NCBI GenBank assembly: GCA_963748815.1
Contig: CAVVKJ010000010.1
Span: forward strand, 32,001 to 96,000
DNA length: 64,000 nt
Direction of reading: 5' to 3'
DNA from: an uncultured Gemmatimonadales bacterium
GTDB taxonomy: Bacteria; Gemmatimonadota; Gemmatimonadetes; Gemmatimonadales; GWC2-71-9
The translations under genes and the position numbers were made by a program. Below, one piece after another: positions 47,992 through 57,883 of this stretch. Numbering within the stretch: position 1 is the first letter of the stretch; each line of letters starts with the position of its first letter. Below the pieces are notes generated by a model. It saw only the letters and a list, made by a program, of their open reading frames with translations, did no database searches and was not told where the DNA came from.

Positions 47992-49427
47992 ACCCGCACC
48001 TCGGCAGCGTCTGGAGTCACGGCCAGCGGGCGCGCCCGCGCGACCAATGGTTTGGCGTATTCCTCGAGAAACTCGGCGACCTGCTCGCGAGCCCGACCGG
48101 TGTAGCGGGACGGTTCGAGCTCCGCCTTGAGCGCCCCCGCCGGGATGCCGGCGAACGCGGGGTCGGCGGCGAGGCGATCCATGAGCTCGTTCGGCTCGCC
48201 CCTGGCGACCTCGGCGGCCACCGCCATGCTGTGTCGGCGCACCACCTCGTGCAGCGCCTGCCGGTCGCCGCCGGCCGAGACGCCGAGCATCAGCCACCGT
48301 TCGGTGGCCATGAACGGCATCTGGGTCGCCACGTGGCGGCGGATGACCTCGGGCCGCACCTCGATCCCGCCGGCGATGTTCGCGACCAGGATGAGGATCG
48401 CGTCCGTCGCCAGGAACGCCTCCGGCAGGGTCAGGCGCCGGTTGGCGCTGTCGTCGAGGGTCCGCTCCAGCCACTGGCTCGCCGCGGTCTGCGCCGTGTT
48501 GGCCTGCAGCGACATGACGAATCGGGCGAGCCCGTTGATCCGCTCGGCCCGCATGGGATTGCGCTTGTATGCCATCGCGCTGGAACCGATCTGCTCCGAC
48601 TCGAACGGTTCCAGCAGTTCTCCCTCGTGCTGCAGCAGGCGGAGGTCGCCCGCCATCTTGGAGGCCGACTGCGCCACCCCGGACAGGACGTCGAGCACGG
48701 TGCTGTCGGCCTTCCGGGTGTAGGTCTGCCCCGTCACCGCCCAGGTGCGCTCGAAGCCGAGGCGCCCGGCCACCAGGCGGTCGAGTTCGCGGACCTTGGC
48801 GTGATCGCCCCGGAAGAGCTCCAGGAACGAGGCCTGCGTGCCGGTGGTCCCCTTGCAGCCCCGGAGCCGCATCCCCTCGATGCGGTGGCAGAGGTCCTCG
48901 ATGTCGGCGCCGAAGTCCTGCATCCAGAGGGTGGCCCGCTTGCCGACCGTGGTGAGCTGTGCGGGCTGGAAGTGGGTGTAGGCCAGGCACGGCTCCGCGG
49001 CGTTCGACTTCGCGAACGCGCCGAGGGCGTCCAGCACGGAGAGCAGGCGGCCCAGCACCAGGCGGAGGCCCTCGCGCATCACGAGGAGGTCGGCGTTGTC
49101 GGTCACGAAGGCGCTGGTCGCGCCGAGATGCAGGAAGGGGCGCGCGGCCGGGGCCTGGTCGCCGAAATGGTGCACGTGCGCCATCACGTCGTGCCGGAAG
49201 CGGCGTTCGTATTCGGCCGCGGTGACGAGGTCGGCGTCGTCGAGATGGGCGCGCATTTCCGCGAGCGCCGCCTCGGGGATGTCGAGCCCGAGTTCACGCT
49301 CCGATTCGGCGAGGGCGAGCCAGACGCGACGCCAGAGCCCGATGCGGCGGGGCTCGCCCCAGAGCCGCTGCATCGCGGGCGAGGCGTAGCGGGAGCCGAG
49401 CGGGGAGCGCCAGCGGTCGTCGGTCAT
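47988..49427 (-). CDS. purB: Adenylosuccinate lyase
   Basis: [40 protein letters not shown]. Confidence 0.96.
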   Translation of the reverse strand: MTDDRWRSPLGSRYASPAMQRLWGEPRRIGLWRRVWLALAESERELGLDIPEAALAEMRAHLDDADLVTAAEYERRFRHDVMAHVHHFGDQAPAARPFLHLGATSAFVTDNADLLVMREGLRLVLGRLLSVLDALGAFAKSNAAEPCLAYTHFQPAQLTTVGKRATLWMQDFGADIEDLCHRIEGMRLRGCKGTTGTQASFLELFRGDHAKVRELDRLVAGRLGFERTWAVTGQTYTRKADSTVLDVLSGVAQSASKMAGDLRLLQHEGELLEPFESEQIGSSAMAYKRNPMRAERINGLARFVMSLQANTAQTAASQWLERTLDDSANRRLTLPEAFLATDAILILVANIAGGIEVRPEVIRRHVATQMPFMATERWLMLGVSAGGDRQALHEVVRRHSMAVAAEVARGEPNELMDRLAADPAFAGIPAGALKAELEPSRYTGRAREQVAEFLEEYAKPLVARARPLAVTPDAAEVRV

Positions 49428-50832
49428 CGGTACACCAGGTCCGTGTAGGCGGTTTGTCCGCTTCGCTCGACCCAGATCCGAAAGGCCTCGCCGGCGCGGA
49501 GGTCGTCGAGAAAGACGCTGAGATCGTCGGCGCTCGCGACGCGGCGACGGTCAAGGCCGACGATGACGTCCCCCTCGCGAAGGCCGGTCGCCTCGGCGGT
49601 CCGGGGCGCGATGCTGACGACGAGGGCGCCCTGGTCGCTCTGGATGCCGCGCTCGGCACGAATGGCCGGCGTGACGGTCACCAGCTGCAGCCCCTGCAGC
49701 ACGGTCACCCGCGCCGCCGTGCGGGTCGGAAGGTCGCTGGCGACGAGGCGCCGGGTGGCGCTGACGTTGCCCCGACGGGTGACGAGGACGATCGTGTCGC
49801 CCACGCCGAGGTCGAGCTTGACCGATTCCCAGTCGAGATGGTTGTGGAGGGTCCGGCCGTTCGCCGACACGAGCACGTCCTGCCGCTGGATGCCCGCCCG
49901 CGCCGCCGGGCCGCCCGGGGCGACGCTCAGCACCACGAGGCCGTTGGAGGCGCGCCAGTCCTCGAAGTTCCGCGGCGGCGTTCACGTCGAGCCCGGTCCA
50001 GGCGCGCCGGATGGTGCCGGCGGTGAGGAGCAGGTCGGCCACGCGGAGCGCCCGCTCGATGGGAATGGCGAAGCCCGAGCCCGATCGAACCGCCGCTGTT
50101 CGAGAGGATGGACGAGTTGACCCCCACCACCTGGCCGAGCGCGTTGGCCAGCGGCCCGCCGGAGTTGCCGGGATTGATGGCGGCGTCGGTCTGGATCATG
50201 TCGAGGTAGAGGCCGGCCTGTCCCTCCGAGGGAAGGATGTTCCGCCCGGTGGCGCTGACGACACCGGCGGTCACCGTCGGCTCGGTGTTGCCGAGGTAGT
50301 CCGCGTACGGATTGCCGAGTGCCACGACCCATTCCCCGACCATGAGCTCGCTGCTCTTGCCGAGCGGCACGGTCGGGAGCCCGCGCCCGGTCACCTGGAT
50401 GACGGCAATATCCGCCACCGGGTCGGAGCCGACCAGGGTGGCGGGGAGCTGGGTGCCGTCGGCGAGGGTGACGGTGATCTGTTCCGCGCCGGCCACCACA
50501 TGATGGTTGGTGAGGATGACGCCGTTGCTGCGGATGAGGAAGCCGGTGCCGGATCCCCGCACCAATTGCGAGGCGTAGCGCGGGACGAACATGTCGGCCC
50601 AGGAGGAGCGCACGGCCACCTGCTGACGCGCCGCGACGCTGATCGAGACGACGGCGGGGGCGAGACGCTCCACGGCGCTGACGATGGCGGTGCGCCGGCT
50701 GGTGTCGAGCGTGGTCTGGGCCGGGAGGGCAGGGGCGACGGCCGCCAGCAACAGTCCGCCGACCGCGCCCGCCCGGACGCCGTCGAGCGCGCGGCGGAGG
50801 ACGGGTCGTGCGGCGTTGTGGCGAGACGTCAT
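49424..50832 (-). CDS. HtrA/DegP-like serine protease with two PDZ domains (frameshifted)
   Basis: GSGTGF, LTNHHVV, DIAV, IQTDAAINPGNSGGPL; PDZ domains in ORF 49424-49936. Confidence 0.9.
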
Positions 50833-51614
50833 GCGGCATCCCCGGGGTGGTCGGCGAATGCCTCCGCCGGATACTCGGCGGAGACGAAATAGAGTCCTTC
50901 CGGCGGGGCCGGAGGGCTGGTGTCGGCGTTCTCGTCCCGCGTCAGCTGGCTGGCCACGTCTTCGACCGGTCGGCGCCCGAGCCCGACGTCCACCATCGTT
51001 CCGACCAGCATCCGGACCATGTGGTGGAGAAACCGGTCGGCGGCGACGTGAAAGGTGAATCCCCGACCGGCCTCCCGGTCCCGCCACTCCGCACGGCGCA
51101 GCGTGCACAGGTAGTGCGGCTTCGGCTCGCCCTTCACCGCAAAGGCCCGAAAGCTGTGTTGGCCGAGCAGCGGTGCGGCCGCCGCTCGCAGTCGCTCGCC
51201 GTCGAGATCGCGGCCGAGCGCCCATTCGTACGGCCGGCGGAACGGCGACATCGAGGCGGCATCCACGCCGATCTCGTACCGGTACTCCCGCCCCAGGGCA
51301 CTCTTCCGGGCGTGGAACCCCGGCCTGGCCAGGCGGACCCGCTCAATCCAGCAGTCGCGGGGGAGGAGCGCGTTCATGGCGCGATGAACCGCCTCGGGCT
51401 CCCACTTGGCCGCGAGTGTGAAGCTGACCCCCATCCCCTGAGAGTGCACGCCGGCGTCGGTTCGGCCCGCGCCGTGAGCGACGACGCGTCGCCCTTCGAG
51501 CCGCTCCAGCACCCCCTCCACCTCGGCCTGAACCGTCCGGCCGGAGGCCTGCCGTTGCCAGCCGAGAAAGCGGCCGCCATCGAAGTGCAACACGGCGAGA
51601 AAAGTCCGGCTCAT
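50829..51614 (-). CDS. truA: tRNA pseudouridine(38-40) synthase
   Basis: FDGGRFLGWQRQ, GAGRTDAGVH, FHARKSA, FLHHMVRMLVG, APPEGLYF. Confidence 0.96.
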   Translation of the reverse strand: MSRTFLAVLHFDGGRFLGWQRQASGRTVQAEVEGVLERLEGRRVVAHGAGRTDAGVHSQGMGVSFTLAAKWEPEAVHRAMNALLPRDCWIERVRLARPGFHARKSALGREYRYEIGVDAASMSPFRRPYEWALGRDLDGERLRAAAAPLLGQHSFRAFAVKGEPKPHYLCTLRRAEWRDREAGRGFTFHVAADRFLHHMVRMLVGTMVDVGLGRRPVEDVASQLTRDENADTSPPAPPEGLYFVSAEYPAEAFADHPGDAA

Positions 51615-51622
51615 CGGGGCGA

Positions 51623-51652
51623 AATCTAGCCGGTTTGTGGGGCCTCCGGCAA
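51623..51652 (-). promoter_or_regulatory. Putative, possibly leaderless promoter of the truA-pur operon
   Basis: Minus strand TTGCCG-N18-TAGATT-N8-ATG. Confidence 0.45.
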
Positions 51653-51674
51653 GACGCGCAAATGCTTGTCAGAA

Positions 51675-51704
51675 TTGACAAAAGGCCTCGTTGACCGCTA
51701 CCAT
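51675..51704 (+). promoter_or_regulatory. Putative sigma70 promoter of trpD
   Basis: TTGACA-N18-TACCAT. Confidence 0.55.
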
Positions 51705-51765
51705 TTTCTTGCGCACGTGCGGCCTTCTCGGGGTCGCCGGATTTTCCCCAGATCCCGCCCCCAAC

Positions 51766-52821
51766 GTGACCCCAGCCGCGCCACCCCTCGCCGAGGCACT
51801 CCGCCTTCTTTCCGAAGGCCGTTCCCTCACCGCCATGCAGGCATCGGCCGCGTTTGCGGTGCTGGTCGCCGGTGCGGCCCCCGAAACCGATGCGGCGGCG
51901 CTGCTGCTGGGCTTGAAGGCCAAGGGGGAGACGGCCGACGAAATCGCCGGCGCGGCGAGGATTCTCCGCGAGGCGATGGTCCCAGTGGTTCTGCCCGACT
52001 GCGACGCGCTCGTGGACACCTGCGGCACCGGTGGTGGGGAGGTCGGCACGCTCAACCTCTCCACGGCCGCGGCCCTGCTCGCCGTCGGGGCGGGGGTGCG
52101 CGTCGCGAAGCACGGCAACCGGAGTCACACCTCCCGTTCGGGGTCGGCCGATGTCCTCGAGGCGCTCGGGATCCAGGTCGACCGCTCCCCGGAGGAGGCG
52201 TCGAAGGCGCTCTCGGACTCCGGTTTCACCTTCATGTATGCGCCGAGGTACCACCCCGCCATGCGGCACGTCGCGCCGGTCCGCCGCCGGCTGGGGGTGT
52301 CGACGATGATGAACCTTCTGGGGCCGCTGGCCAACCCGGCGCGGGTGGGGCGCCAGGTGGTGGGCGCCGCGGAACGCCGGGTGGCGGCGCTGCTCGCGGA
52401 GGCGTTTGTGCGCCTTGGCACTTGGCACACCATGGTGGTGCACGCCGAGGTGGGCATGGACGAAATCAGTCCCTTCGGCGCGACCGATGTCTGGGAGGTC
52501 AGGGAGGGGACGGTGCGGGAATGGCGGATCGAGCCGGGCGATTACGGTTTGCAGGTGGAGGACCTGGCGTCACTGGCGGGGGGAGCACCCGACGAGAACG
52601 CCGAGCGGATCGAACGGCTGCTGGACGGGGGCGACGGCGACGAGGCCGCCCGCGCTGCGCTGGTGCTGAACGCCGCGGCCGCACTCTACGTTGCCGGAAT
52701 GGAGCGGAACTACGCCAGCGCGGTCAGGCGCGCGACTGAGGCGCTCGCTGGGGGCGCGGGACGAGAGGCGCTGGCGCGGGTGCGCGCCACTTCGCCGCTC
52801 GGCGGCGCGGGGGCCGCCTAG
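51766..52821 (+). CDS. trpD: Anthranilate phosphoribosyltransferase (start uncertain)
   Basis: DTCGTGG, NLST, AKHGNRS..SRSGSADVLEALG, NLLGPLANP, GMDEIS. Confidence 0.95.
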   Translation: MTPAAPPLAEALRLLSEGRSLTAMQASAAFAVLVAGAAPETDAAALLLGLKAKGETADEIAGAARILREAMVPVVLPDCDALVDTCGTGGGEVGTLNLSTAAALLAVGAGVRVAKHGNRSHTSRSGSADVLEALGIQVDRSPEEASKALSDSGFTFMYAPRYHPAMRHVAPVRRRLGVSTMMNLLGPLANPARVGRQVVGAAERRVAALLAEAFVRLGTWHTMVVHAEVGMDEISPFGATDVWEVREGTVREWRIEPGDYGLQVEDLASLAGGAPDENAERIERLLDGGDGDEAARAALVLNAAAALYVAGMERNYASAVRRATEALAGGAGREALARVRATSPLGGAGAA

Positions 52822-53426
52822 TACTTCCGGATGACCCCGACGACCACGCCCTGGATGAGCACGTCGCGCTCCTGGAAGCGCATGGGCGCCATCGTGGCGT
52901 TGGCCGGCTGCAGCCGGATCCAGCCGCCCGCTTCACGGTAGAACTTCTTGACGGTGGCCTCCGCCCCGTTGATCAGGGCGATGACCATCTCGCCGTTCTC
53001 CGCGGACTGCTTGCCGTGCACCACGACGAAGTCGCCGTCGATGATGTGCGCCTCGACCATCGAGTCGCCTCGCACCTGGAGCGCGTAGTTGGGGCCGCGG
53101 GCGGGGAGCATTTCGTTGGGCACCGCGAGCGTCTCGCTGTGCATGACCGCCTCGATCGGCGTGCCGGCCGCGACCCGGCCGAGGACGGGGATTTCGGTGG
53201 CGACGGCTGTGCCCTTGGGCGGCAGCACCTCGATGGACCGGCTCTCGTTGTACGACCGGCGGATGTAGCCCTTCCGCTCGAGGTTGGTCAGGTGCTCGTG
53301 CACCGTGGCGAGGGACTGGAATCCGAAGTGCTCGGCGATTTCCTCGAAGCTCGGCGCGTACCCGTTGTCCCCGATCTGGGATTGCAGGTAGTTGAGGATA
53401 TCGCTTTGTCGGCGGGTGAGCGGCAT
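52818..53426 (-). CDS. lexA: SOS repressor LexA
   Basis: LTRRQ..GYAPSFEEI HTH, LERKGYI, VAAGTP cleavage site, GDSM serine, ATVK lysine. Confidence 0.96.
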   Translation of the reverse strand: MPLTRRQSDILNYLQSQIGDNGYAPSFEEIAEHFGFQSLATVHEHLTNLERKGYIRRSYNESRSIEVLPPKGTAVATEIPVLGRVAAGTPIEAVMHSETLAVPNEMLPARGPNYALQVRGDSMVEAHIIDGDFVVVHGKQSAENGEMVIALINGAEATVKKFYREAGGWIRLQPANATMAPMRFQERDVLIQGVVVGVIRKY

Positions 53427-53447
53427 GACCGTCCTCCGAGCAGGTGA

Positions 53448-53494
53448 CCGAAGAGAGCCCGAATCAAGCTACCCGAACACGAACCGAAGGTCAA
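53448..53494 (-). promoter_or_regulatory. lexA promoter overlapped by two TTCGG-N6-TTCGG boxes (candidate LexA operators)
   Basis: Minus strand TTGACC-N17-TAGCTT; CCGAA at 53448, 53459, 53473, 53484. Confidence 0.7.
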
Positions 53495-53495
53495 G

Positions 53496-54284
53496 GTGAC
53501 ATCAACGCTCGACCGCATCCTGAACGGTGTCCGCGCCGGGCTCCCGGCCCTCGCCGCCCGGCGGGAAGAGCTGGAAGCCCGCGCCAGTGGGCGGGCGTCG
53601 CCGCCGGATTTCCGGGCGGCGCTCCGGCGGCCGATGGTGTCGGTGATCGCCGAGCTGAAGCGGAAGTCCCCATCGGCCGGGCTGATCGCGCCGCGCCTGG
53701 ACCCCGCGACCCGGGCCCGCACGTACGCCTCCGCCGGCGCCGCCGCGCTTTCCGTCCTGACCGAGCAGGAACATTTCGGGGGAGCGCTCGCCGACCTCGA
53801 GTCCGTGGGCGCCGTCGTCCCCCTGCCGCTGCTTCGGAAGGACTTCATCCTTCACGAACTGCAGGTCGTCGAGGCGCGCGCCGCGGGCGCCTCGGCCATC
53901 CTGCTCATCGTCCGGGCCCTCGAGCCGGCCCAGCTTCGCCACCTGCTCGCCGCGGCCCATCGCTGGGGACTCGCGGCGCTCGTCGAGGCTCACGACCAGC
54001 GCGAGATCGACCTGGCGCTCTCCTCCGGCGCAACGATCCTCGGCGTCAACAGCCGAGACCTGGGCGATTTTTCCATCGACGCGAGCCGTGCGTGGGCGCT
54101 CCTCGCCCGGCTCCCTGCCGATGTCATTGCCGTCGCGGAGAGCGGCATGAAGGACGTCGCTGCTGTTCGGGCGGCCGCGGCGGGGGGAGCGGATGCGGTC
54201 CTGGTCGGCTCGGCGCTCTCGGCGGCGGACGATCCGGCACCCCTCCTGGCTGCCATGGCCGCGGTCCCCCGCCATGGCCGTTGA
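53496..54284 (+). CDS. trpC: Indole-3-glycerol phosphate synthase
   Basis: IAELKRKSPSAG, LSVLTE, LRKDF, GVNSRDL, AESG. Confidence 0.95.
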   Translation: MTSTLDRILNGVRAGLPALAARREELEARASGRASPPDFRAALRRPMVSVIAELKRKSPSAGLIAPRLDPATRARTYASAGAAALSVLTEQEHFGGALADLESVGAVVPLPLLRKDFILHELQVVEARAAGASAILLIVRALEPAQLRHLLAAAHRWGLAALVEAHDQREIDLALSSGATILGVNSRDLGDFSIDASRAWALLARLPADVIAVAESGMKDVAAVRAAAAGGADAVLVGSALSAADDPAPLLAAMAAVPRHGR

Positions 54285-54918
54285 CGCCAAGATCTGCGGG
54301 CTGACCCGCCCGGAGGACGCGGCGGTGGCCGTAGAGGCGGGGGCCTCTTACCTTGGAGTGGTATTCGCAGGTGGTCCGCGGACGGTGGATGCCGCGCTGG
54401 CCCGGCACATCGTCGCCGCTTCCTCCGGTCGCCCCGTGTTCGGCGTGTTCGGGCGCCATTCCGCCGACGAGATCCTGCGCTGTCGCTCCGACACCGGATT
54501 GATCGGCGCCCAGCTGCACGGCGGCTTCGATCCGGGCCTGGCGGCGCGGCTCCGTGCGGAAGGCATGACCGTCTGGGCGGTGGCGCGCGTGGCCGACCTC
54601 GCCGATTGCGACCGGCTCGCCGAACTGGCCGACACCGCCGACGCCGTGCTGATCGAACCGAGCGTACCGGGTGTCGACGGCGGGACCGGCGTGTCCCTTT
54701 CACTCGCGCTCGCCCGCCGTGCGCGCGAAGTCCTGGCGGGGCGACGGATGGTGCTGGCCGGCGGGTTGCGGCCCGGGTCGGTGGCGGCCGCGATCGAGGC
54801 GGTGCGGCCCGATGTCGTGGATGTGAGCAGTGGTGTCGAGACGACCCCGGGTTGCAAGGACCCGTCGGCCGTCCGGCTCTTCCTGGAGGCGGTGCGTGGC
54901 GATCAGCCTTCCCCCTGA
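54274..54918 (+). CDS. trpF: Phosphoribosylanthranilate isomerase
   Basis: [31 protein letters not shown]. Confidence 0.94.
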   Translation: MAVDAKICGLTRPEDAAVAVEAGASYLGVVFAGGPRTVDAALARHIVAASSGRPVFGVFGRHSADEILRCRSDTGLIGAQLHGGFDPGLAARLRAEGMTVWAVARVADLADCDRLAELADTADAVLIEPSVPGVDGGTGVSLSLALARRAREVLAGRRMVLAGGLRPGSVAAAIEAVRPDVVDVSSGVETTPGCKDPSAVRLFLEAVRGDQPSP

Positions 54919-56099
54919 ACGCGCCATCGAAGGACGATTCGGCCCCTACGGCGGCCGCTATGTGCCCGAGACCCTGCTCGCGGCGCTTGAGGAACTCGCG
55001 GCCCTCTACGACGGCGTGCGAACGGAACCCGCCTTCTGGAGCGAGCTAGGGTCGATCCTCCGGGACTACGTCGGGCGCCCCACGCCCCTGACGGATGCCC
55101 CCCGCCTCGGTGCCGAGATCGGTGCGCGCCTCCTGCTGAAGCGGGAGGATCTCAATCACACCGGTGCGCACAAGATCAACAACACAGTGGGGCAGGCGCT
55201 GCTGGCGCGGCGGATGGGGAAGCGACGGATTATCGCCGAGACCGGTGCGGGACAGCACGGCGTGGCCACCGCCACCATCTGCGCGCGCCTCGGCCTGGAG
55301 TGCGTGGTGTACATGGGCGCCGAGGACGTGGCGCGCCAGGCGCTCAACGTGTACCGGATGCGGTTGCTGGGCGCCACGGTCGTGCCGGTCGGGTCCGGTA
55401 CGCGCACGCTCAAGGACGCCACCAACGAGGCGCTCCGCGACTGGGTCGCCAACGTCCCCCACACCCACTACATCATCGGCTCGGTCGTGGGCCCCGATCC
55501 CTACCCGCGGATGGTCCGGGACTTCCAGTCCGTCATCGGGCGGGAGGCGCGGACGCAAACCCTGGAACGAACGGGGCGGCTTCCGCGGACCGTGGTGGCC
55601 TGCGTCGGCGGCGGTTCGAATGCGATCGGCATATTCAGCGGATTTCTCGACGACGCCGACGTGGAGCTGGTTGGCGTCGAGGCGGCCGGCGAAGGGCTTG
55701 AGAGCGGGCGGCACAGCGCGACGCTCGCGCTCGGCCTGCCGGGGGTGCTGCACGGCGCCATGAGCTACCTGCTGCAGGATGCGGACGGCCAGGTGGCCCC
55801 GGCGCATTCGGTGAGCGCCGGCCTCGACTATCCCGGCGTGGGGCCGGAACACGCCTGGCTCCAGGACTCGGGGCGGGTCAGCTATCAGAGCGTCGACGAT
55901 CGCCGCCGCCCTCGACGGATTCGCGCGCCTCGCGCGCCTCGAGGGCATCATCCCCGCGCTCGAGACGGCGCACGCCGTGGCCTGGCTGGTCGAGGCGCGG
56001 GGACGGTGGCAGGACGATGAGCCGGTCCTGCTCTGCCTGAGCGGGCGCGGTGACAAGGACGTGGCACATGTGGCATCACTGACGGGAGCGGCGGGTTGA
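54896..56099 (+). CDS. trpB: Tryptophan synthase beta chain (frameshift near 55900)
   Basis: [60 protein letters not shown]. Confidence 0.95.
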
Positions 56100-57883
56100 G
56101 CGAACCGGGTGTGGAATTCGAACAGGTACTGCCACCGGAACAGGTGGAGGAGCTCCTGCGGACGCTGGTCAAGGCGTCGCGGGCGTTCCAGATGTATCTG
56201 CCGAACAACCCCATGTTCCATCGCGCGGCGAAGAACCTCCAGGCCGCCTTCGAGCCGGTGTGGTCGGCCATCGACGAGCTCGTCCTGACGGTGCAGGAGA
56301 CCGATTTCGTCTGGGAAGGGACGGTGGTGTACCACCAGTTGCACAAGGCGGACAGTCTCGCGTGGACGCTCTACAAGGACGGCCTCCGCGTCCTGACGCT
56401 GCGGAAAGGCGTGGAGGTGGAGGAGCTTCCCCGGCTGCTTCGCGTGGTCAACCAGGTCCGCGGGCTCGCGCCCGACGCGACCGACGACCTCTTCACGCTG
56501 CTCTGGGCCGAGGAGTTCACGCACGTCGACGTGCGGTTTGCCGAGTTCCTCCAGGACTTCGGCACCGCCGAGTTGGTGCCCGGTGCGCAGTACTCCGCCG
56601 GCACCAGCTATGCCGACGAGGTGAAGAGCGACCTGGCCGGTACCGCCGACGGTGAGGGGACGGGCGGGCTGGCGGCGCCGGGCGAGACGGTCGGCGAAGG
56701 CGAGGAGGAGGGGAACGCCGGCGAAGCGGGGGCTGCGGTCGACGCCGCCGAGCGCCCGAAGGGCGTCGTCGACCTGGACGAGTTCGACTCGACGCTGTAC
56801 TTCCTCGACGCCGGTGAGATCGACATGCTCACCGCGGACCTCAACCTCGAGTACTCGCGCGACCTGCGCGACGGCTCGCTGGCGGCCCTGTACGACCTCT
56901 TCGAGGGCCAGACCGAGCCGGAGATCCGCGAGGAGATCCTCGGCGTGCTCGAGACCCTCTTCCCCAGCATGCTCAACGCCGGCGAGTTTCGCGCGAGCGC
57001 GGCGGTCCTGCGGGAAACCCGGGTGCTGGCCGAGCGTTCCGTGGACCTGGTCGCGGCGCACAAGGAGCGGTTGATCAAGTTCATCGAACAGCTCAGCGAG
57101 CCCGCCATCGTCGGCCAGCTGATGCAGGCGCTCGACGAGGGCACCGGCCGCCCGAGCGACGCCGACATCGCCGAGCTGCTGCGGGAACTCCGGCCGCGCG
57201 CGCTCTCGACGCTCGTCGAATGGACGCCGCGGCTGACCTCCGCCCCGGTCCGCGCCCTCGTCGAAGAGGCGGTCCAGCAGCTCGCGTCGGCGCACCAGGG
57301 CGAACTGCTGCGGCTGCTTCGCTCCGGCGACCCGGAGGCGCTGCCCGGCGCCATCGAGCTGGCCGGCCGCCTCAAGCTGGAGGGGGCGGTCGCCGGGCTG
57401 GGCGAGGTGATGGGCACCCCCGACGCGGGGCTCCGCCTCGCGGCCACCGAGGCGCTGGTCCAGATCGGCACTCCCGGCGCGCTGGTGCTGCTCGAACGCG
57501 CCATCGGAGACGACGACCGGGGCGTGCGGATCGTCGCGCTCAAGGCGCTCAGCGCGCGCGGGTACAAGGGAGCGCTCCGGCGCGTCGAGGACGTCGTGAA
57601 CGGCAAGGGGCGGAAAGACCTCGACTTCAACGAGCGCCGCGCGTTCTTCGAGACCTACGGCGCCATCGCGGGCCCCGGCGGGCTGGCCGTGCTCCGCGAC
57701 CTCATCGTCCGGCGCGGCTTTTTCCGCCGGAAACAGAGCGCCGATGTCCGGATGTGCGCGGCGCTCGGACTCGGAAAGATCGGGTCGCCCGACGCACGTG
57801 CGGTGCTCGAGTCGGTGGCCGAGGACAACGACCGCCAGGTGCGCAACGCCGTGGCAGCGGCCCTGCGGGGGGTGGCTGAATGA
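56096..57883 (+). CDS. HEAT-repeat-containing protein
   Basis: C-terminal repeats [48 protein letters not shown]; acidic low-complexity centre. Confidence 0.8.
   Translation: MSEPGVEFEQVLPPEQVEELLRTLVKASRAFQMYLPNNPMFHRAAKNLQAAFEPVWSAIDELVLTVQETDFVWEGTVVYHQLHKADSLAWTLYKDGLRVLTLRKGVEVEELPRLLRVVNQVRGLAPDATDDLFTLLWAEEFTHVDVRFAEFLQDFGTAELVPGAQYSAGTSYADEVKSDLAGTADGEGTGGLAAPGETVGEGEEEGNAGEAGAAVDAAERPKGVVDLDEFDSTLYFLDAGEIDMLTADLNLEYSRDLRDGSLAALYDLFEGQTEPEIREEILGVLETLFPSMLNAGEFRASAAVLRETRVLAERSVDLVAAHKERLIKFIEQLSEPAIVGQLMQALDEGTGRPSDADIAELLRELRPRALSTLVEWTPRLTSAPVRALVEEAVQQLASAHQGELLRLLRSGDPEALPGAIELAGRLKLEGAVAGLGEVMGTPDAGLRLAATEALVQIGTPGALVLLERAIGDDDRGVRIVALKALSARGYKGALRRVEDVVNGKGRKDLDFNERRAFFETYGAIAGPGGLAVLRDLIVRRGFFRRKQSADVRMCAALGLGKIGSPDARAVLESVAEDNDRQVRNAVAAALRGVAE

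Noticed and set aside
51705..51765. Trp attenuator or T-box upstream of trpD
   Set aside because: Leader is short, with no Trp-codon peptide or terminator/antiterminator visible
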